The translations under genes and the position numbers were made by a program. Below, in pieces: positions 40,564 to 50,948 of a DNA stretch of 64,000 nucleotides; the stretch's first letter is position 1, and each line of letters begins with the position of its first letter. Source of the DNA: Deferribacterales bacterium (lineage in GTDB: Bacteria; Chrysiogenota; Deferribacteres; Deferribacterales; Geovibrionaceae). The stretch covers positions 640,001 through 704,000 of the forward strand of contig JBFWJS010000001.1 of NCBI GenBank assembly GCA_050253075.1, written 5' to 3'. A model generated the notes under the pieces. The model had not been told where the DNA came from. It searched no databases and saw nothing but the letters and a program-made list of their open reading frames with translations.

Positions 40564-41778
40564 TCAGAAGTATCTTCTGATGCGCAGTTCAATCCTTGCT
40601 GCTGCAGGCTTTTCGCCGTATTCGGTATACTTTTCTCTGGAGAGTGCGGTTGCTTTCAGTTTCAGTTCGTAATTTGTGAATCCGGTGTATGTCACTTCCG
40701 GGGATGCGGAAAAACTGCCGTCATCTGTGTTTAGTATAAGCGTGAGTGCAGGAGTCAGATAAAGCACGTCAAAAGGTTCTTTAACTGATGCTCTGAAATA
40801 CAGATAATCCTGCATTGCGAAGTTTCTGAGAACAGCCTTATCCGCCCTGTAGAATTTTTCCATCTCGTTTTCTGTATAGCCATCAGACCTGTGATAATAC
40901 TCGCTTATGAAAGTTATTTCGTTTTCTGTAAGATATCTGACACCTATCAGGTAATTATCCGATGTCTCCTTTGACGGGCCAAGCGGAGTGTAAAGCTTGT
41001 AATCCTGAAATTTTGCATATTCTCCATGCAGCTCAAAAGCTGATGTAAGGTTTTTTGAAAAGTCGAATCCGTATTTAATCCCGTCGGATTCCACTGATGT
41101 AAACATAAAGTCTATGTCAGTATCGTATAAGAGCAGGTACAGTTTTCCTGCATAGCCTTTGCCGTCTGCGCCGGACATACTTCTGTTCATGTCGTCGTTA
41201 ATGTAATAAATCACAGGAGTTACTGTAAAATTTTTGAGTGCACCTCCGACATTTTTTATATAGTCCGCCGAAATCAGGTAATGCCCCTCAAGAACTGCTT
41301 CCGGGTCATCAGGATTCTTCTGTCTGTCTATGAGAGCCGCCGGGCTGAAAGCGTAGCCTTTGCCCCATTTAATGTTTTTTTTGCCTGCATAAAGAGTGAA
41401 GTTCGGCGACGCTGACCAGCTTGAGTATCCTTCGAAAAATTTTGTAATCTGACGGTAGTCGCCTGTATCTTCTTTGTAGCCAGATATGTCTGATATGAAA
41501 GCAAAATTAAAATCATTGATTTCATATGAGCCGTTCAGGCGCAGTCTTGCGTCTGCTGACCATGCGGTATCCTGCGGTTCTTCATTTCTGAATCTTGTGC
41601 TGTAGCCGGCTGTATCTTTGTCGTAGTCATATGCCGCAGATATAAACTCAGCGTAGCCTCCAAACATATATGGTTTTTTTTCTATTTCACTCAGATTAAA
41701 AGAGTAATCAGATGCCTGCACTCCTGCTGATAAAAACAGGCTGAGCGATAAAACCCAGCCTGATACGTTTCTTTTCAT
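40564..41778 (-). CDS. Putative outer-membrane beta-barrel protein
   Basis: Signal peptide; GKKNIKWGKGYAFSP; alternating beta pattern; terminal F. Confidence 0.7.
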   Translation of the reverse strand: MKRNVSGWVLSLSLFLSAGVQASDYSFNLSEIEKKPYMFGGYAEFISAAYDYDKDTAGYSTRFRNEEPQDTAWSADARLRLNGSYEINDFNFAFISDISGYKEDTGDYRQITKFFEGYSSWSASPNFTLYAGKKNIKWGKGYAFSPAALIDRQKNPDDPEAVLEGHYLISADYIKNVGGALKNFTVTPVIYYINDDMNRSMSGADGKGYAGKLYLLLYDTDIDFMFTSVESDGIKYGFDFSKNLTSAFELHGEYAKFQDYKLYTPLGPSKETSDNYLIGVRYLTENEITFISEYYHRSDGYTENEMEKFYRADKAVLRNFAMQDYLYFRASVKEPFDVLYLTPALTLILNTDDGSFSASPEVTYTGFTNYELKLKATALSREKYTEYGEKPAAARIELRIRRYF

Positions 41779-42503
41779 CTGATTTCCTGCATACGTGACA
41801 TAAAGTCCATCGTGAATATCTCGTCAGGGAATTCACGGCTTTTCACCTTTGCGAATATCATGACTGATTTATAGCCTTTGTAAAGCGGTGAATCGGTTTC
41901 TATCACAGCGGGGCGTTTTATGCCGTCCCCGAAATCTTTTACATCGCTGAAATGCAGTGTTTTTATCAGCATCTTTTCATCCGTCAGACAGTCGATAGAT
42001 ATTGGAAGCATGGTTTTTTTGTCTGCTGTTATAGTGACTTTGGCGTATGCCACAGTTTTAGTCTTTGCTTTCAGATACAGTACGTATCTGTCACTGGATT
42101 CCTCCATCAGCTCCACATCGTACTCCTGCGTATAGTCGAGGCTCATGATGTCTGCATTGTTGAATACGCCGCCTATGACAGACTGGAGGCTTGTAATTCT
42201 CACAGGCCGCCCGACATTAGGGATATACAGCCACATATTGTCGCCGAGACGGAGAGTGCTGCGTCCGTTTTCGCTGGCCGGCGATAAAAACAGAGATGAT
42301 ATTTTATCATTGCCTTTTTTAACCGTATAAAGCACAAATTCTTTGCTGTCTCCGTCCGGCTCTATATTTATCAGTTTCCGGTATGATTCGTAGCTGACAG
42401 GAGAGAGGTTTCGGTCAATTATACGCAGTATTTCGGATGGTTCCTTCGCAAGTGCGGAGACGGCAGACAGTGAAAGAACGATAATTATAAGTATCTTTTT
42501 CAT
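41775..42503 (-). CDS. Outer-membrane lipoprotein-sorting (LolA-like) protein
   Basis: Signal peptide; FLSPASENGRSTL..GDNMWLYIP, GGVFNNADI. Confidence 0.8.
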   Translation of the reverse strand: MKKILIIIVLSLSAVSALAKEPSEILRIIDRNLSPVSYESYRKLINIEPDGDSKEFVLYTVKKGNDKISSLFLSPASENGRSTLRLGDNMWLYIPNVGRPVRITSLQSVIGGVFNNADIMSLDYTQEYDVELMEESSDRYVLYLKAKTKTVAYAKVTITADKKTMLPISIDCLTDEKMLIKTLHFSDVKDFGDGIKRPAVIETDSPLYKGYKSVMIFAKVKSREFPDEIFTMDFMSRMQEIR

Positions 42504-42511
42504 ACGTTCAC

Positions 42512-43750
42512 CTACACGTGCCTGAGGGCTTTGATGGGATCCATTTTCGAAGCCTTGAAAGCCGGCTGGATACTGGCCAGCACGGCTACCAGTATGACTG
42601 TTACAGATACGGCTGCAAGCTGCGTGTATTCAACAGCGGCGGTGAGAAGTATATCCTCCTGTCTGCCGAAATTAAAAGTAATCTTTGAGGCGTTGACCGC
42701 TGCCACAGTCATGACGCTTGCGATACTCCCTGCCGCGGCGCCGATTGTGCCAAGCAGGAATCCTTCGGTCAGAAACATCATGGTTATCTTTATCGGCCGC
42801 GTACCTATGGCCGCTGCCGTGCCTATCTCGCGCATACGCTCGTATACAGCCATTATCATAACGTTCAGTACGGAGATCATTACTACGGCCACCAGCAGGA
42901 TTTTCACAAAAAGGGTCATAAGGTCTATCATTCTTACGATATTGGCAAATGGAGAAATTGCCTCCCATGAATGTACGTCAAATACACTCTGGCCTTTCGG
43001 GTTTATAAATCCGCCCACCTTAGCGGTGAATTCCTTTTCAAAAGAATGGAGTTTATTAAAGTCTTTCAGCCTGACAGCTATTTCGCTTATCTCCGGTTCT
43101 TCCATGCGGAGTATCTCCGCAGCGTCGTCTATGTGTACATATCCGTCACGTCCGCCCGGACCTGTGGCGCTCTCCACTATGCCTGAGACTTTGAGCTGTT
43201 TTCCGTTGACAGAGCCGTCAGAGTTTGTCGCTATCACAACCACGGTGTCTCCGGTTTTAACCTTCATGGAGTTAGCGAAGAGTCTGGGTACTATTATTTC
43301 ACCCCTGCTGAGGGTTTTGGAACCTTCAGATATTCTGTCCGGCAGGATCGGCGTCACTTTGAACTCCCTGTCAGGGTCTATGCCGTTCAGGCGGATATTC
43401 GAAGTTTCTGAAAATGTGGAGAACATACCGCCGAATTTTATTCTGTAGGAGACCGCCTCAATCTCTTCGAAATCTTTTATGATCTGTTCGAATTTGTTAA
43501 CCATCATCGGCTTCATATTCATGTGCAGGGGGAGTGTTTCGATAGCGCCCATATATCCCTTGCGGTGCACTTGGATGTGGCCTGTCATGGAGTCCGTTAT
43601 CTGTGAGACCATCATGGATTTGAAAGATCCTGTAACTGAAACAAAGACGGAGACAAACAGCACACCGATGACAACAAGCGACACGGTGAGAAGCGTTCTT
43701 CTTGAATATCTGAACAGGTTTCTGGACGATATTTTAAGTATGTTCAGCAT
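42512..43750 (-). CDS. ABC permease, MacB/FtsX/LolC-E type
   Basis: RNLFR..RRTLLT, ERMREIG..AIG, PAFKASKMDPIKAL. Confidence 0.88.
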   Translation of the reverse strand: MLNILKISSRNLFRYSRRTLLTVSLVVIGVLFVSVFVSVTGSFKSMMVSQITDSMTGHIQVHRKGYMGAIETLPLHMNMKPMMVNKFEQIIKDFEEIEAVSYRIKFGGMFSTFSETSNIRLNGIDPDREFKVTPILPDRISEGSKTLSRGEIIVPRLFANSMKVKTGDTVVVIATNSDGSVNGKQLKVSGIVESATGPGGRDGYVHIDDAAEILRMEEPEISEIAVRLKDFNKLHSFEKEFTAKVGGFINPKGQSVFDVHSWEAISPFANIVRMIDLMTLFVKILLVAVVMISVLNVMIMAVYERMREIGTAAAIGTRPIKITMMFLTEGFLLGTIGAAAGSIASVMTVAAVNASKITFNFGRQEDILLTAAVEYTQLAAVSVTVILVAVLASIQPAFKASKMDPIKALRHV

Positions 43751-44424
43751 GACAGCACCCCGTCTTCCATCACATAAACCTTTTCCGCAATTTCGACTAT
43801 CTTCGGGTCATGGGTGGAAAAGATAAAACTTGTGCCGAATTCGTCTCTCATGGATTTCATCAGGTTTATTATTTTCATGGAGGTGTCATGGTCAAGGTTC
43901 GCAGTCGGCTCGTCCGCAAGGATGAGGGCGGGCTCAGTCACAAGCGCCCTTGCCACAGCTGTTCTCTGTTTCTGACCGCCTGAGAGCTGTGCGGGCCGTT
44001 TAGCCGCATGCTCCAGCATGCCTACGGCAGAGAGAACTTTTTCAACCCGTTTCTTCCGGATATCCGCCGGCAGATTCTGCACCAGTATCAGCGGATACTC
44101 CACATTTTCGTAAACGCTAAGCACGGGCATCAGGTTAAAATCCTGAAATATGAATCCTATGTTTTCTCCCCTGAATTTTGCGCTTTGGCTTCGGTTCATA
44201 GCGGATGGATTCTGTCCGCATACGGTTATGTTTCCCTCAGTAGGCCTGTCCAGACATCCTATTATATTCAGCAGCGTCGTTTTTCCGCTGCCTGAGGGAC
44301 CCACAAAGCTGACAAAAGACGCCTCTTCGATAGAAAAACTGACATTATTTAATGCGTGAACCGGGTTCGAACCCCCGCCCATACCGTAAATCTTTGAAAT
44401 ACACTCAGCATTTACCAGTTCCAT
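43744..44424 (-). CDS. ABC ATPase, LolD type
   Basis: GPSGSGKT, LSGGQKQR, ADEPTANLD, THD. Confidence 0.92.
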   Translation of the reverse strand: MELVNAECISKIYGMGGGSNPVHALNNVSFSIEEASFVSFVGPSGSGKTTLLNIIGCLDRPTEGNITVCGQNPSAMNRSQSAKFRGENIGFIFQDFNLMPVLSVYENVEYPLILVQNLPADIRKKRVEKVLSAVGMLEHAAKRPAQLSGGQKQRTAVARALVTEPALILADEPTANLDHDTSMKIINLMKSMRDEFGTSFIFSTHDPKIVEIAEKVYVMEDGVLSC

Positions 44425-44569
44425 AAACACCTCCAATACAGAAATAATACGCAATTAAGATGCCATATGTAACTATTTGATTAATAAAATAATTAGATAT
44501 TTACGTGTGCATTTTCTGCTCACTGTATGGAAATATTAACACACCTTTATGATATAAACTTACGCATGT

Positions 44570-45427
44570 TTATTTCATGATAACTTCTGTATTATGGGTA
44601 GAGACAGCTATGCTGTTTTCTCCTGCTTTAACAAGTCTGAGAGTCACTGGGCTGCCATGTCCTGCTGTTTCGCTCAGAGATGTTATGTAAACCGGTATGC
44701 CGCTCCACTCGTATTCAAAAGTCTTGTGAATATGTGCTGCAAATATGGCTTTTACATCATGTTCTTTAATAAGCTCTGAGAGTTCATCTGTACTATTTCG
44801 CCATAGTGCATGGGTTATCCCCTGTTTTTTGTCATAAGGAGGGTGGTGCATGAAAAGAAGAATTTTTCTGTCTCTGGTCTCTGTAAGCTGTTTTCTCAGC
44901 CATCTCAGTTCATCTGCAGGAAAAAATCCAAGGAAAGTGTCAAGGAAAAGGAGTGTATATTCGCCGGCATCAAGCCTGAAATATGTTTTCCCGAAGTAAT
45001 GCTTATAAAATGCAGGCTTTAAGCCGTTTATTCTTGCGTTGACCGAGTGCCCGCCCGGGATATGGTAGTATGGCAGCTGTTGATCCCAATATTGCTCCAG
45101 TTCGCTGATGTACTTTTTCCATTCGTCAGCACGTCCGTATTTTGTGACATCTGCCAGGTTTACCATAAAATCCGGTTTCAGCGACTGCGCATATTCAAGA
45201 GCGGCAATCCTTGGCGGACTTTCCCAGCGCATATCACCGAGCACCGCAAAAGTAAAATTATCTTGTGATGTATCCATATGCAGTTTACGGTCAGATATTA
45301 TCAGCTGTGGTAAAGGAGAGCTTCCATGTATTGAATCAAAGCCTCCCAGCATCGCCATTGCCGTTATGTATCCGCCAGAGGACACTGCAGCTGTAATGAT
45401 TAATATAGAGAATATAATCTTCCTCAT
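44570..45427 (-). CDS. Membrane-anchored/exported metallophosphoesterase
   Basis: VLGD, NLADV, PGGH (degenerate GNH), MHHPP, AHIH. Confidence 0.75.
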   Translation of the reverse strand: MRKIIFSILIITAAVSSGGYITAMAMLGGFDSIHGSSPLPQLIISDRKLHMDTSQDNFTFAVLGDMRWESPPRIAALEYAQSLKPDFMVNLADVTKYGRADEWKKYISELEQYWDQQLPYYHIPGGHSVNARINGLKPAFYKHYFGKTYFRLDAGEYTLLFLDTFLGFFPADELRWLRKQLTETRDRKILLFMHHPPYDKKQGITHALWRNSTDELSELIKEHDVKAIFAAHIHKTFEYEWSGIPVYITSLSETAGHGSPVTLRLVKAGENSIAVSTHNTEVIMK

Positions 45428-45431
45428 TTGT

Positions 45432-46601
45432 TTATATGACCTGCTTTAGATACGCAAAAGCTATGCAAAACATTGCAACCATCCATACAGGGGTTTTCCT
45501 GTACATCAGCAGTGCGAATGCCGCTACACACACGGCGAAGTCATAGCCCGAATGCACGCCTTTTACCCACACGGGGTTATAGAGAGCGGCAAGAAGTATG
45601 CCCACAACTCCGGCGTTTACCCCCTTTAACGCGGCGGATGCCCAGCTTCTGGATGAAAGATGATCCCAGAAGGGTAACACCGCCGGAACCAGCAGGAAAG
45701 TGGACATGAAAACACCGATAAGACACATAATACCAGTAATAATGCCTCCTGCGGATGTTCCGACGAACGAAGCGAATGTGAACAGAGGTCCCGGCACAAG
45801 CTGGGCTATGCCGTATCCTGAGAGGAAAATCTCATCAGTGAGATAGTGACCGCCTGCCGTCTCCGCCTGAAGCAGCGGGAGCACGACATGCCCTCCGCCG
45901 AAGACGAGTGAGCCTGCTCTGTAGAATATCTCGAACAGCTTCAGGTTATGATTGTCTGAAGCCGCCGCCAGCAGAGGAAGCCCGCCCAGGAGCACAAAGA
46001 AGACAGTAAGCATGAAGAGCGGTGTGCTGAAAGACAGTTTTGACGCTGGGGTTTCAGATGGTTCAGTATTTCTGTACATCACGTATCCGGCCGCACCGGC
46101 AAGGATTATAACCAACACCTGGACCAGAGGATGACTTAATACAAGAACAGCAGCTGCTGAAGCTGCGGCAAGCAGTCTGAGTCTGTTTTCACTGCAGAGC
46201 TTCACCCCCATAGACCATACGGCCTGCGCGACAACTGCCACTGTAAGCATAAGAAGACCTGGTATCACGAAAGAATCCTTTAGAAATCCGAAACTGCCGA
46301 GCCCGTATGCCGCCGCAGCCATTACAAAAGCGGAAGGTGCTGTGAAGCCGAGCCACGCGGCAAACGCCCCTGCCATTCCTCCTTTTTTGAGCCCAATGGC
46401 GAACCCTGTCTGACTGCTGGCCGGCCCGGGGAGGAACTGGCACATTGCGGCGAGATCGGCAAACTCTTTTTCACTCAGCCACTTCCGGCTGTCTACAAAT
46501 TCTCTGTGGAAATAACCCATATGGGCCACAGGACCGCCGAAACTCCGCACTCCCAGAGACAGAAAGACAGAAAAGATTTCAAACAGATTATTTATTCTCA
46601 T
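45432..46601 (-). CDS. chrA: Chromate efflux transporter (long-chain CHR)
   Basis: SFGGPVAH, QFLPGPASSQ, FGGGHVVLP, PGPLF. Confidence 0.92.
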   Translation of the reverse strand: MRINNLFEIFSVFLSLGVRSFGGPVAHMGYFHREFVDSRKWLSEKEFADLAAMCQFLPGPASSQTGFAIGLKKGGMAGAFAAWLGFTAPSAFVMAAAAYGLGSFGFLKDSFVIPGLLMLTVAVVAQAVWSMGVKLCSENRLRLLAAASAAAVLVLSHPLVQVLVIILAGAAGYVMYRNTEPSETPASKLSFSTPLFMLTVFFVLLGGLPLLAAASDNHNLKLFEIFYRAGSLVFGGGHVVLPLLQAETAGGHYLTDEIFLSGYGIAQLVPGPLFTFASFVGTSAGGIITGIMCLIGVFMSTFLLVPAVLPFWDHLSSRSWASAALKGVNAGVVGILLAALYNPVWVKGVHSGYDFAVCVAAFALLMYRKTPVWMVAMFCIAFAYLKQVI

Positions 46602-46661
46602 GCAATATTGCTCCTATGGGCCTCTCGTGTAATAATAGCAGATACTGAACAAGAGGGACGG

Positions 46662-48035
46662 ATGCTCCAGTTTTTTACATATATTTTTTACGGAATTACT
46701 TTTTTCGCTTTGGGGATTGTCATCACCGCAAAGGATCTCAAGATCAGCAAGCTGGCTCTCGCCCGCATACTGTGGATACTGGCGGTTTTCGGCTTTACCC
46801 ACGGGGTTTACGAGTGGACCGAGCTTTATGTCATAATAGACGGTGGAGCTCCTTTATGGTTCAGCCGTCTCAGACATATTCTCCTTTTCGCTTCGTTTGT
46901 TGCGCTGTATTTTTTCGGATTGGAACTGGTATTTATTTCGCTGGTAAAAAAATATAAAAAAGATCTGCCGGTTATATACAGCCGTACCGCTTTTGTATTG
47001 CTGTCTGCTCTGCTTGTTTTTATCTGGCTTTCGGGAGCTGATGAAAGATATGTTAGGCTTTTTGTCGCTTTCCCAGGAGCTCTGCTTTCCGGAACCGGTT
47101 TGATAATTTACTCAACAACAGTCCGTGGGATGTCGCTAGAGGGTTCATACAATTTTGTATATTCCGGTGCGTTTATGGTGCTGTATGCCATTGTTTCGGG
47201 GATTATACCCCATGAAGATGTGCCGGATATAATAATTTTAAGAGGGTTGTGCGCGGTAGGCGTGACATTCTTCATTTACCGCGGGATGAACGTATTCGAT
47301 CATGAAAAACTTATGATAATAGAGGAGCGGCTGAACAGATTTGCCATGTCGGAAAAACTCAATTCTATAGGTAAGCTTGCTGCAGGCATAGCCCATGAAA
47401 TAAATAATCCTCTCACAAATGTGCTGCTGAAAACTGAGATGCTGAAATCAATGATTGAAAATCCAGAAGCACTGAGCAAGCTTGAAGGGATAGAAAGGAA
47501 CGCGGACAGAGCATCAAAGATAGCCAAGGAACTGCTGTATTTTTCCAGAGAAGGAAATGAAAGCAAGTCGGTTATCGACATTAATGACGTGATAACAAGC
47601 GCAGTCTCTCTCATGGGACAGCACAAGTTGCTGTGCAGAACGGTTCTCGCTTCGCAGCCGATATATATAAGAGGGGTGTACTGGAAGCTGGAGGAGGTAA
47701 TTATCAACCTTATACTGAACGCTGCAGATGCCTGCGGTATGAAAGGTGCTATAGATATAGCCTCTTTCGTATATGACGAAAGCGCCGCGGTAAGAGTCAC
47801 GGACAAAGGGTGCGGGATACCACCTGAAAACCTGACTAAAATATTTGATCCGTTCTTTACTACAAAAGAACCTGGGGAAGGGACCGGACTCGGCCTTTCC
47901 ATATGCTATAATATCGTAGAACAGCACGGCGGCAGCATTTCTGTGATCAGCAGCCCAGGAAATGGGACTGAAATAACGGTGCTGTTACCTATGGAGGCTT
48001 CTGATGAGCAGCAGAATACTGTTGACGGACGATGA
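46662..48035 (+). CDS. Multi-TM sensor histidine kinase
   Basis: About 7 TM helices with [33 protein letters not shown]. Confidence 0.9.
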   Translation: MLQFFTYIFYGITFFALGIVITAKDLKISKLALARILWILAVFGFTHGVYEWTELYVIIDGGAPLWFSRLRHILLFASFVALYFFGLELVFISLVKKYKKDLPVIYSRTAFVLLSALLVFIWLSGADERYVRLFVAFPGALLSGTGLIIYSTTVRGMSLEGSYNFVYSGAFMVLYAIVSGIIPHEDVPDIIILRGLCAVGVTFFIYRGMNVFDHEKLMIIEERLNRFAMSEKLNSIGKLAAGIAHEINNPLTNVLLKTEMLKSMIENPEALSKLEGIERNADRASKIAKELLYFSREGNESKSVIDINDVITSAVSLMGQHKLLCRTVLASQPIYIRGVYWKLEEVIINLILNAADACGMKGAIDIASFVYDESAAVRVTDKGCGIPPENLTKIFDPFFTTKEPGEGTGLGLSICYNIVEQHGGSISVISSPGNGTEITVLLPMEASDEQQNTVDGR

Positions 48036-48657
48036 CGCGGAATTGCGGGAAACAGTCAGTGAAATCCTCTCAGAATGCGGTTTCGAAGTGATGTGCGCGG
48101 AGAACTCTGAGGAAGCTCTTAAACTGGCGGAAACATTCAAACCCCATTTGGTGATTACGGATAACATGATGCCGGGCATAGGCGGCATGGCACTTATCAG
48201 TTTGATAAAAAGCAGAATGCCGTCTGTAAAGGTCATTATGATAACTGCGTTTGCTACAGTTGACAACGCTGTAAACGCCATGAAAGCCGGGGCGGATGAC
48301 TACCTTGCCAAACCTTTCAAAAAAGAGGAACTGGCTGTTGCGGTGAGAAAATGCATAGAGGAGGGGAAATTTGCCAGATGCCTGCTGCAGATGAATATGG
48401 ATGATACGCTTTCCTGTATATCTAACAGCATAAGGCGGCAGATACTTTTTATGCTGTATGAAGAAGGTAAAATGCGTTTTATGGACATTACCCGCAAACT
48501 GGGGATAGATGATCACACAAAAGTCAATTTTCACCTGAAGGCGCTCAGACAGAATGACATGATTCATCAGAATGATGAGAAAGAATATGTATTGAGCTCC
48601 GGCGGTATGAATATAATTGACTGCCTTAAAGTGATCTCAGGAAAAGTATCTTATTAA
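48004..48657 (+). CDS. Response regulator, REC plus ArsR-like winged helix
   Basis: LTDDD, TDNMMP, AKPF; SNSIRRQIL...NFHLKAL output domain. Confidence 0.88.
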   Translation: MSSRILLTDDDAELRETVSEILSECGFEVMCAENSEEALKLAETFKPHLVITDNMMPGIGGMALISLIKSRMPSVKVIMITAFATVDNAVNAMKAGADDYLAKPFKKEELAVAVRKCIEEGKFARCLLQMNMDDTLSCISNSIRRQILFMLYEEGKMRFMDITRKLGIDDHTKVNFHLKALRQNDMIHQNDEKEYVLSSGGMNIIDCLKVISGKVSY

Positions 48658-48677
48658 CCTCTGCAAATATGCCATAT

Positions 48678-48703
48678 CAATTGTGAATTTTTATTCACAA
48701 TTG
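48678..48703. promoter_or_regulatory. Palindromic operator upstream of the cytochrome gene
   Basis: CAATTGTGAAT-TTTT-ATTCACAATTG. Confidence 0.6.
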
Positions 48704-48817
48704 TGTCTTAAATGTCAAATTCTATTATCTGGAACGTTGTTTCATTCGGTTTTATAGTGTTATCAGGATCATATCTTAATACGGGATATGTTCAGATTTC
48801 ATCTATGAGAGGTTAAC

Positions 48818-50725
48818 ATGAAACAGCAGAATTTATTAAAAACCGTTTCAGTCATACTGATGGTCTTTTTAACCGCTATGCTGACATCAGCCGTCAGTTT
48901 TGCGGCTACCGTAAAAGGTACAGTTAAAGATGTTTCAGGTCAGGCTGTTGCTAATGCAGTAGTGTATTTTATTTCCGCTGCTGATGTAGAAAAGCTGGCA
49001 TCAGTTCCAACAGAGTTTAAAAGGGATTCATTAAATGATGAACCGCTTGAGGATTTGCTCGCAGCGAACAAATCTAAATATAAGGCCGCAGTTACAGATA
49101 CCAGCGGAAAGTTCAGCATAACCGGGGTGGACAGTGCAAAATATTTCGCCTATGTGGCTCCGGCGGGTGCCAAATACCTTCCCGGCGGTGATAAATCAAG
49201 GAAATCTTTTACCGCTTCAGATATCAAAGGTTCACTTGATATTCTGGTTTCAGGTAATGTGCCTTCGGATGCTGAATATGTGGGTTCGTCGAAATGCCTT
49301 ACCTGTCATAAAGAGTATATGAGCACAAAGAAAACACTGCATAAACTCGGAATAAAAAAGGCCGGAGCTGTCAGCGGACTGCAGGATCTTACAGATTTTG
49401 CCGAATTTGACAAAGGGCTTGATTTCCTGAAAAAAGGTCAGAAGATTTATCTGCATAATTACACAAAAGAGAGAAAATGGGATAAATACCTTATCTCCGC
49501 ATATGAACCTAAAGATATGTCATCTGTTAGTTTTACTGCATTCTTTTTTACCGCTCCGGACGGTACAATTAAAGTCAGGATGGAAAATTATAGAAATCCG
49601 GCGGATCCCGCCCGCGAGTATCCGGTTGAGCTGACCTACGGAGGCGGACTGTATAAGCAGAGATACCTTCTGCGTATAGGTGACAACCTCTTCCCGTTCC
49701 TGCAGTTCAACCCGAACGGAGATGATTCTTACGGCGACAGAACAAGGCGCCAGTTCAGAGACTACCACGGTGACTGGTTCTACGATGAGGAAAAAATGGC
49801 GCTCAAAGCTCCTAATACCGAGAAATCATTTGAGAAGAGCTGCGCCTCATGCCACTACAACGGCTACACTCTCAAAAAGAACGCATCAGGTAATTACATA
49901 GCAGGAGCCGCCAACGACCCCAAGGGCGAGGCCGATATTGACGGAGACGGCGTAAATAACGAACTGAACCTCGGCTGTGAGACATGTCACGGTCCCGGAT
50001 CAGTACACTCCAAAGCAAAAAAGGCTGACAAAGCCGCCACAATAGTCAGCCCCGGCAAACTTACATCTGAAAGAGCCTCAGTGCTTTGCGGACAGTGTCA
50101 TTCCAGACCTCAGGGTAATCTGAATAACGACCAGCCTGTGAACTCAAAATATGAGATGATGCTTCCAGGGACAAGCCGCAACACTTTTCTGGTGGACTAT
50201 ACAACAAGAGAGGATGCCGCTCAGAGCGACTTCTGGGCCGACGGTCTCCATTCAAAGTCACATCACCAGCAGTATACAGATTTTATAAAGTCGTCCAAAT
50301 ACCGTAATGGAGAACAGCTCGTAACCTGCTCCGATTGCCACGACCCTCACGGCGGCACAGAGTTTGCGCATCAGCTTAAAGGGGACGCGGTTACAGCTAA
50401 GGCAACATACTGTCAGTCATGCCATACAGACAGATCAGACATTGAAAAACACACTGAAGAAGCTGTAGGTATGGCTCACGGAGAGGATACAGGAATCACC
50501 TGCACAAGCTGCCATTCCGTCAAAACAGCCCAGACAGGTGCAGGTTTCGGCAGAGGCGCCGAAACTGATGGAAAAAATTACTGGCAGAACGACATAACGA
50601 CGCACCTGTTTACAAAACCGCCACGGATGCTGAATAAAGCGGTTGCGGGGGTTGATCCTCTGAAATCTATGCCTACACCTTATACCAACGCTTGCGGCAC
50701 ATGCCACGATGTAAGCGGTAAATAA
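48818..50725 (+). CDS. Periplasmic octaheme cytochrome c with N-terminal beta-sandwich
   Basis: Sec-pathway signal peptide; 8 CxxCH: CLTCH, CASCH, CETCH, CGQCH, CSDCH, CQSCH, CTSCH, CGTCH. Confidence 0.9.
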   Translation: MKQQNLLKTVSVILMVFLTAMLTSAVSFAATVKGTVKDVSGQAVANAVVYFISAADVEKLASVPTEFKRDSLNDEPLEDLLAANKSKYKAAVTDTSGKFSITGVDSAKYFAYVAPAGAKYLPGGDKSRKSFTASDIKGSLDILVSGNVPSDAEYVGSSKCLTCHKEYMSTKKTLHKLGIKKAGAVSGLQDLTDFAEFDKGLDFLKKGQKIYLHNYTKERKWDKYLISAYEPKDMSSVSFTAFFFTAPDGTIKVRMENYRNPADPAREYPVELTYGGGLYKQRYLLRIGDNLFPFLQFNPNGDDSYGDRTRRQFRDYHGDWFYDEEKMALKAPNTEKSFEKSCASCHYNGYTLKKNASGNYIAGAANDPKGEADIDGDGVNNELNLGCETCHGPGSVHSKAKKADKAATIVSPGKLTSERASVLCGQCHSRPQGNLNNDQPVNSKYEMMLPGTSRNTFLVDYTTREDAAQSDFWADGLHSKSHHQQYTDFIKSSKYRNGEQLVTCSDCHDPHGGTEFAHQLKGDAVTAKATYCQSCHTDRSDIEKHTEEAVGMAHGEDTGITCTSCHSVKTAQTGAGFGRGAETDGKNYWQNDITTHLFTKPPRMLNKAVAGVDPLKSMPTPYTNACGTCHDVSGK

Positions 50726-50737
50726 AACTCAACTATT

Positions 50738-50786
50738 GCCGTCTCTGTTCGTTCCTCATCGCAAGGGTTCAGAGGCGGCTTTTTTC
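50738..50786 (+). terminator. Terminator after the cytochrome gene
   Basis: GCCGTCTCTG...CAGAGGCGGC followed by a T-tract. Confidence 0.6.
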
Positions 50787-50913
50787 TAATGGAAACAGCG
50801 GCCTGTTTAGTAGCAGGCTCAACCTATAGGGTAAACTTTTCATAAATGCCTCCTCAAAATAACCGTGCGGATAGATACTCCGCACGGTTATTTATTTCCA
50901 CCTTTAAATATAT

Positions 50914-50938
50914 GGAACATTTACTGCTTTTAGTCGTT
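50914..50938 (+). promoter_or_regulatory. ECF sigma promoter (autoregulatory)
   Basis: GGAAC-N16-CGTT, 10 nt before the sigma ATG. Confidence 0.7.
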
Positions 50939-50948
50939 AATATATATA

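Noticed and set aside
48678..48703. Rex or CRP box
   Set aside because: The half-sites fit but the spacer is 2 bp too long (TTGTGAA-N6-TTCACAA); left as an unassigned operator.
50679..50893. Minus-strand 54-aa ORF from ATG 50843 with GAGGAGG RBS and a 15-bp-stem hairpin at 50857-50893
   Set aside because: It runs through the cytochrome terminator and 3' end with no protein-like features; probably the stump of a deleted gene.
50913..50928. sigma54 promoter (TGGAAC-N5-CTGC)
   Set aside because: The ECF reading is better supported, being repeated at 51491-51515 next to an ECF gene.
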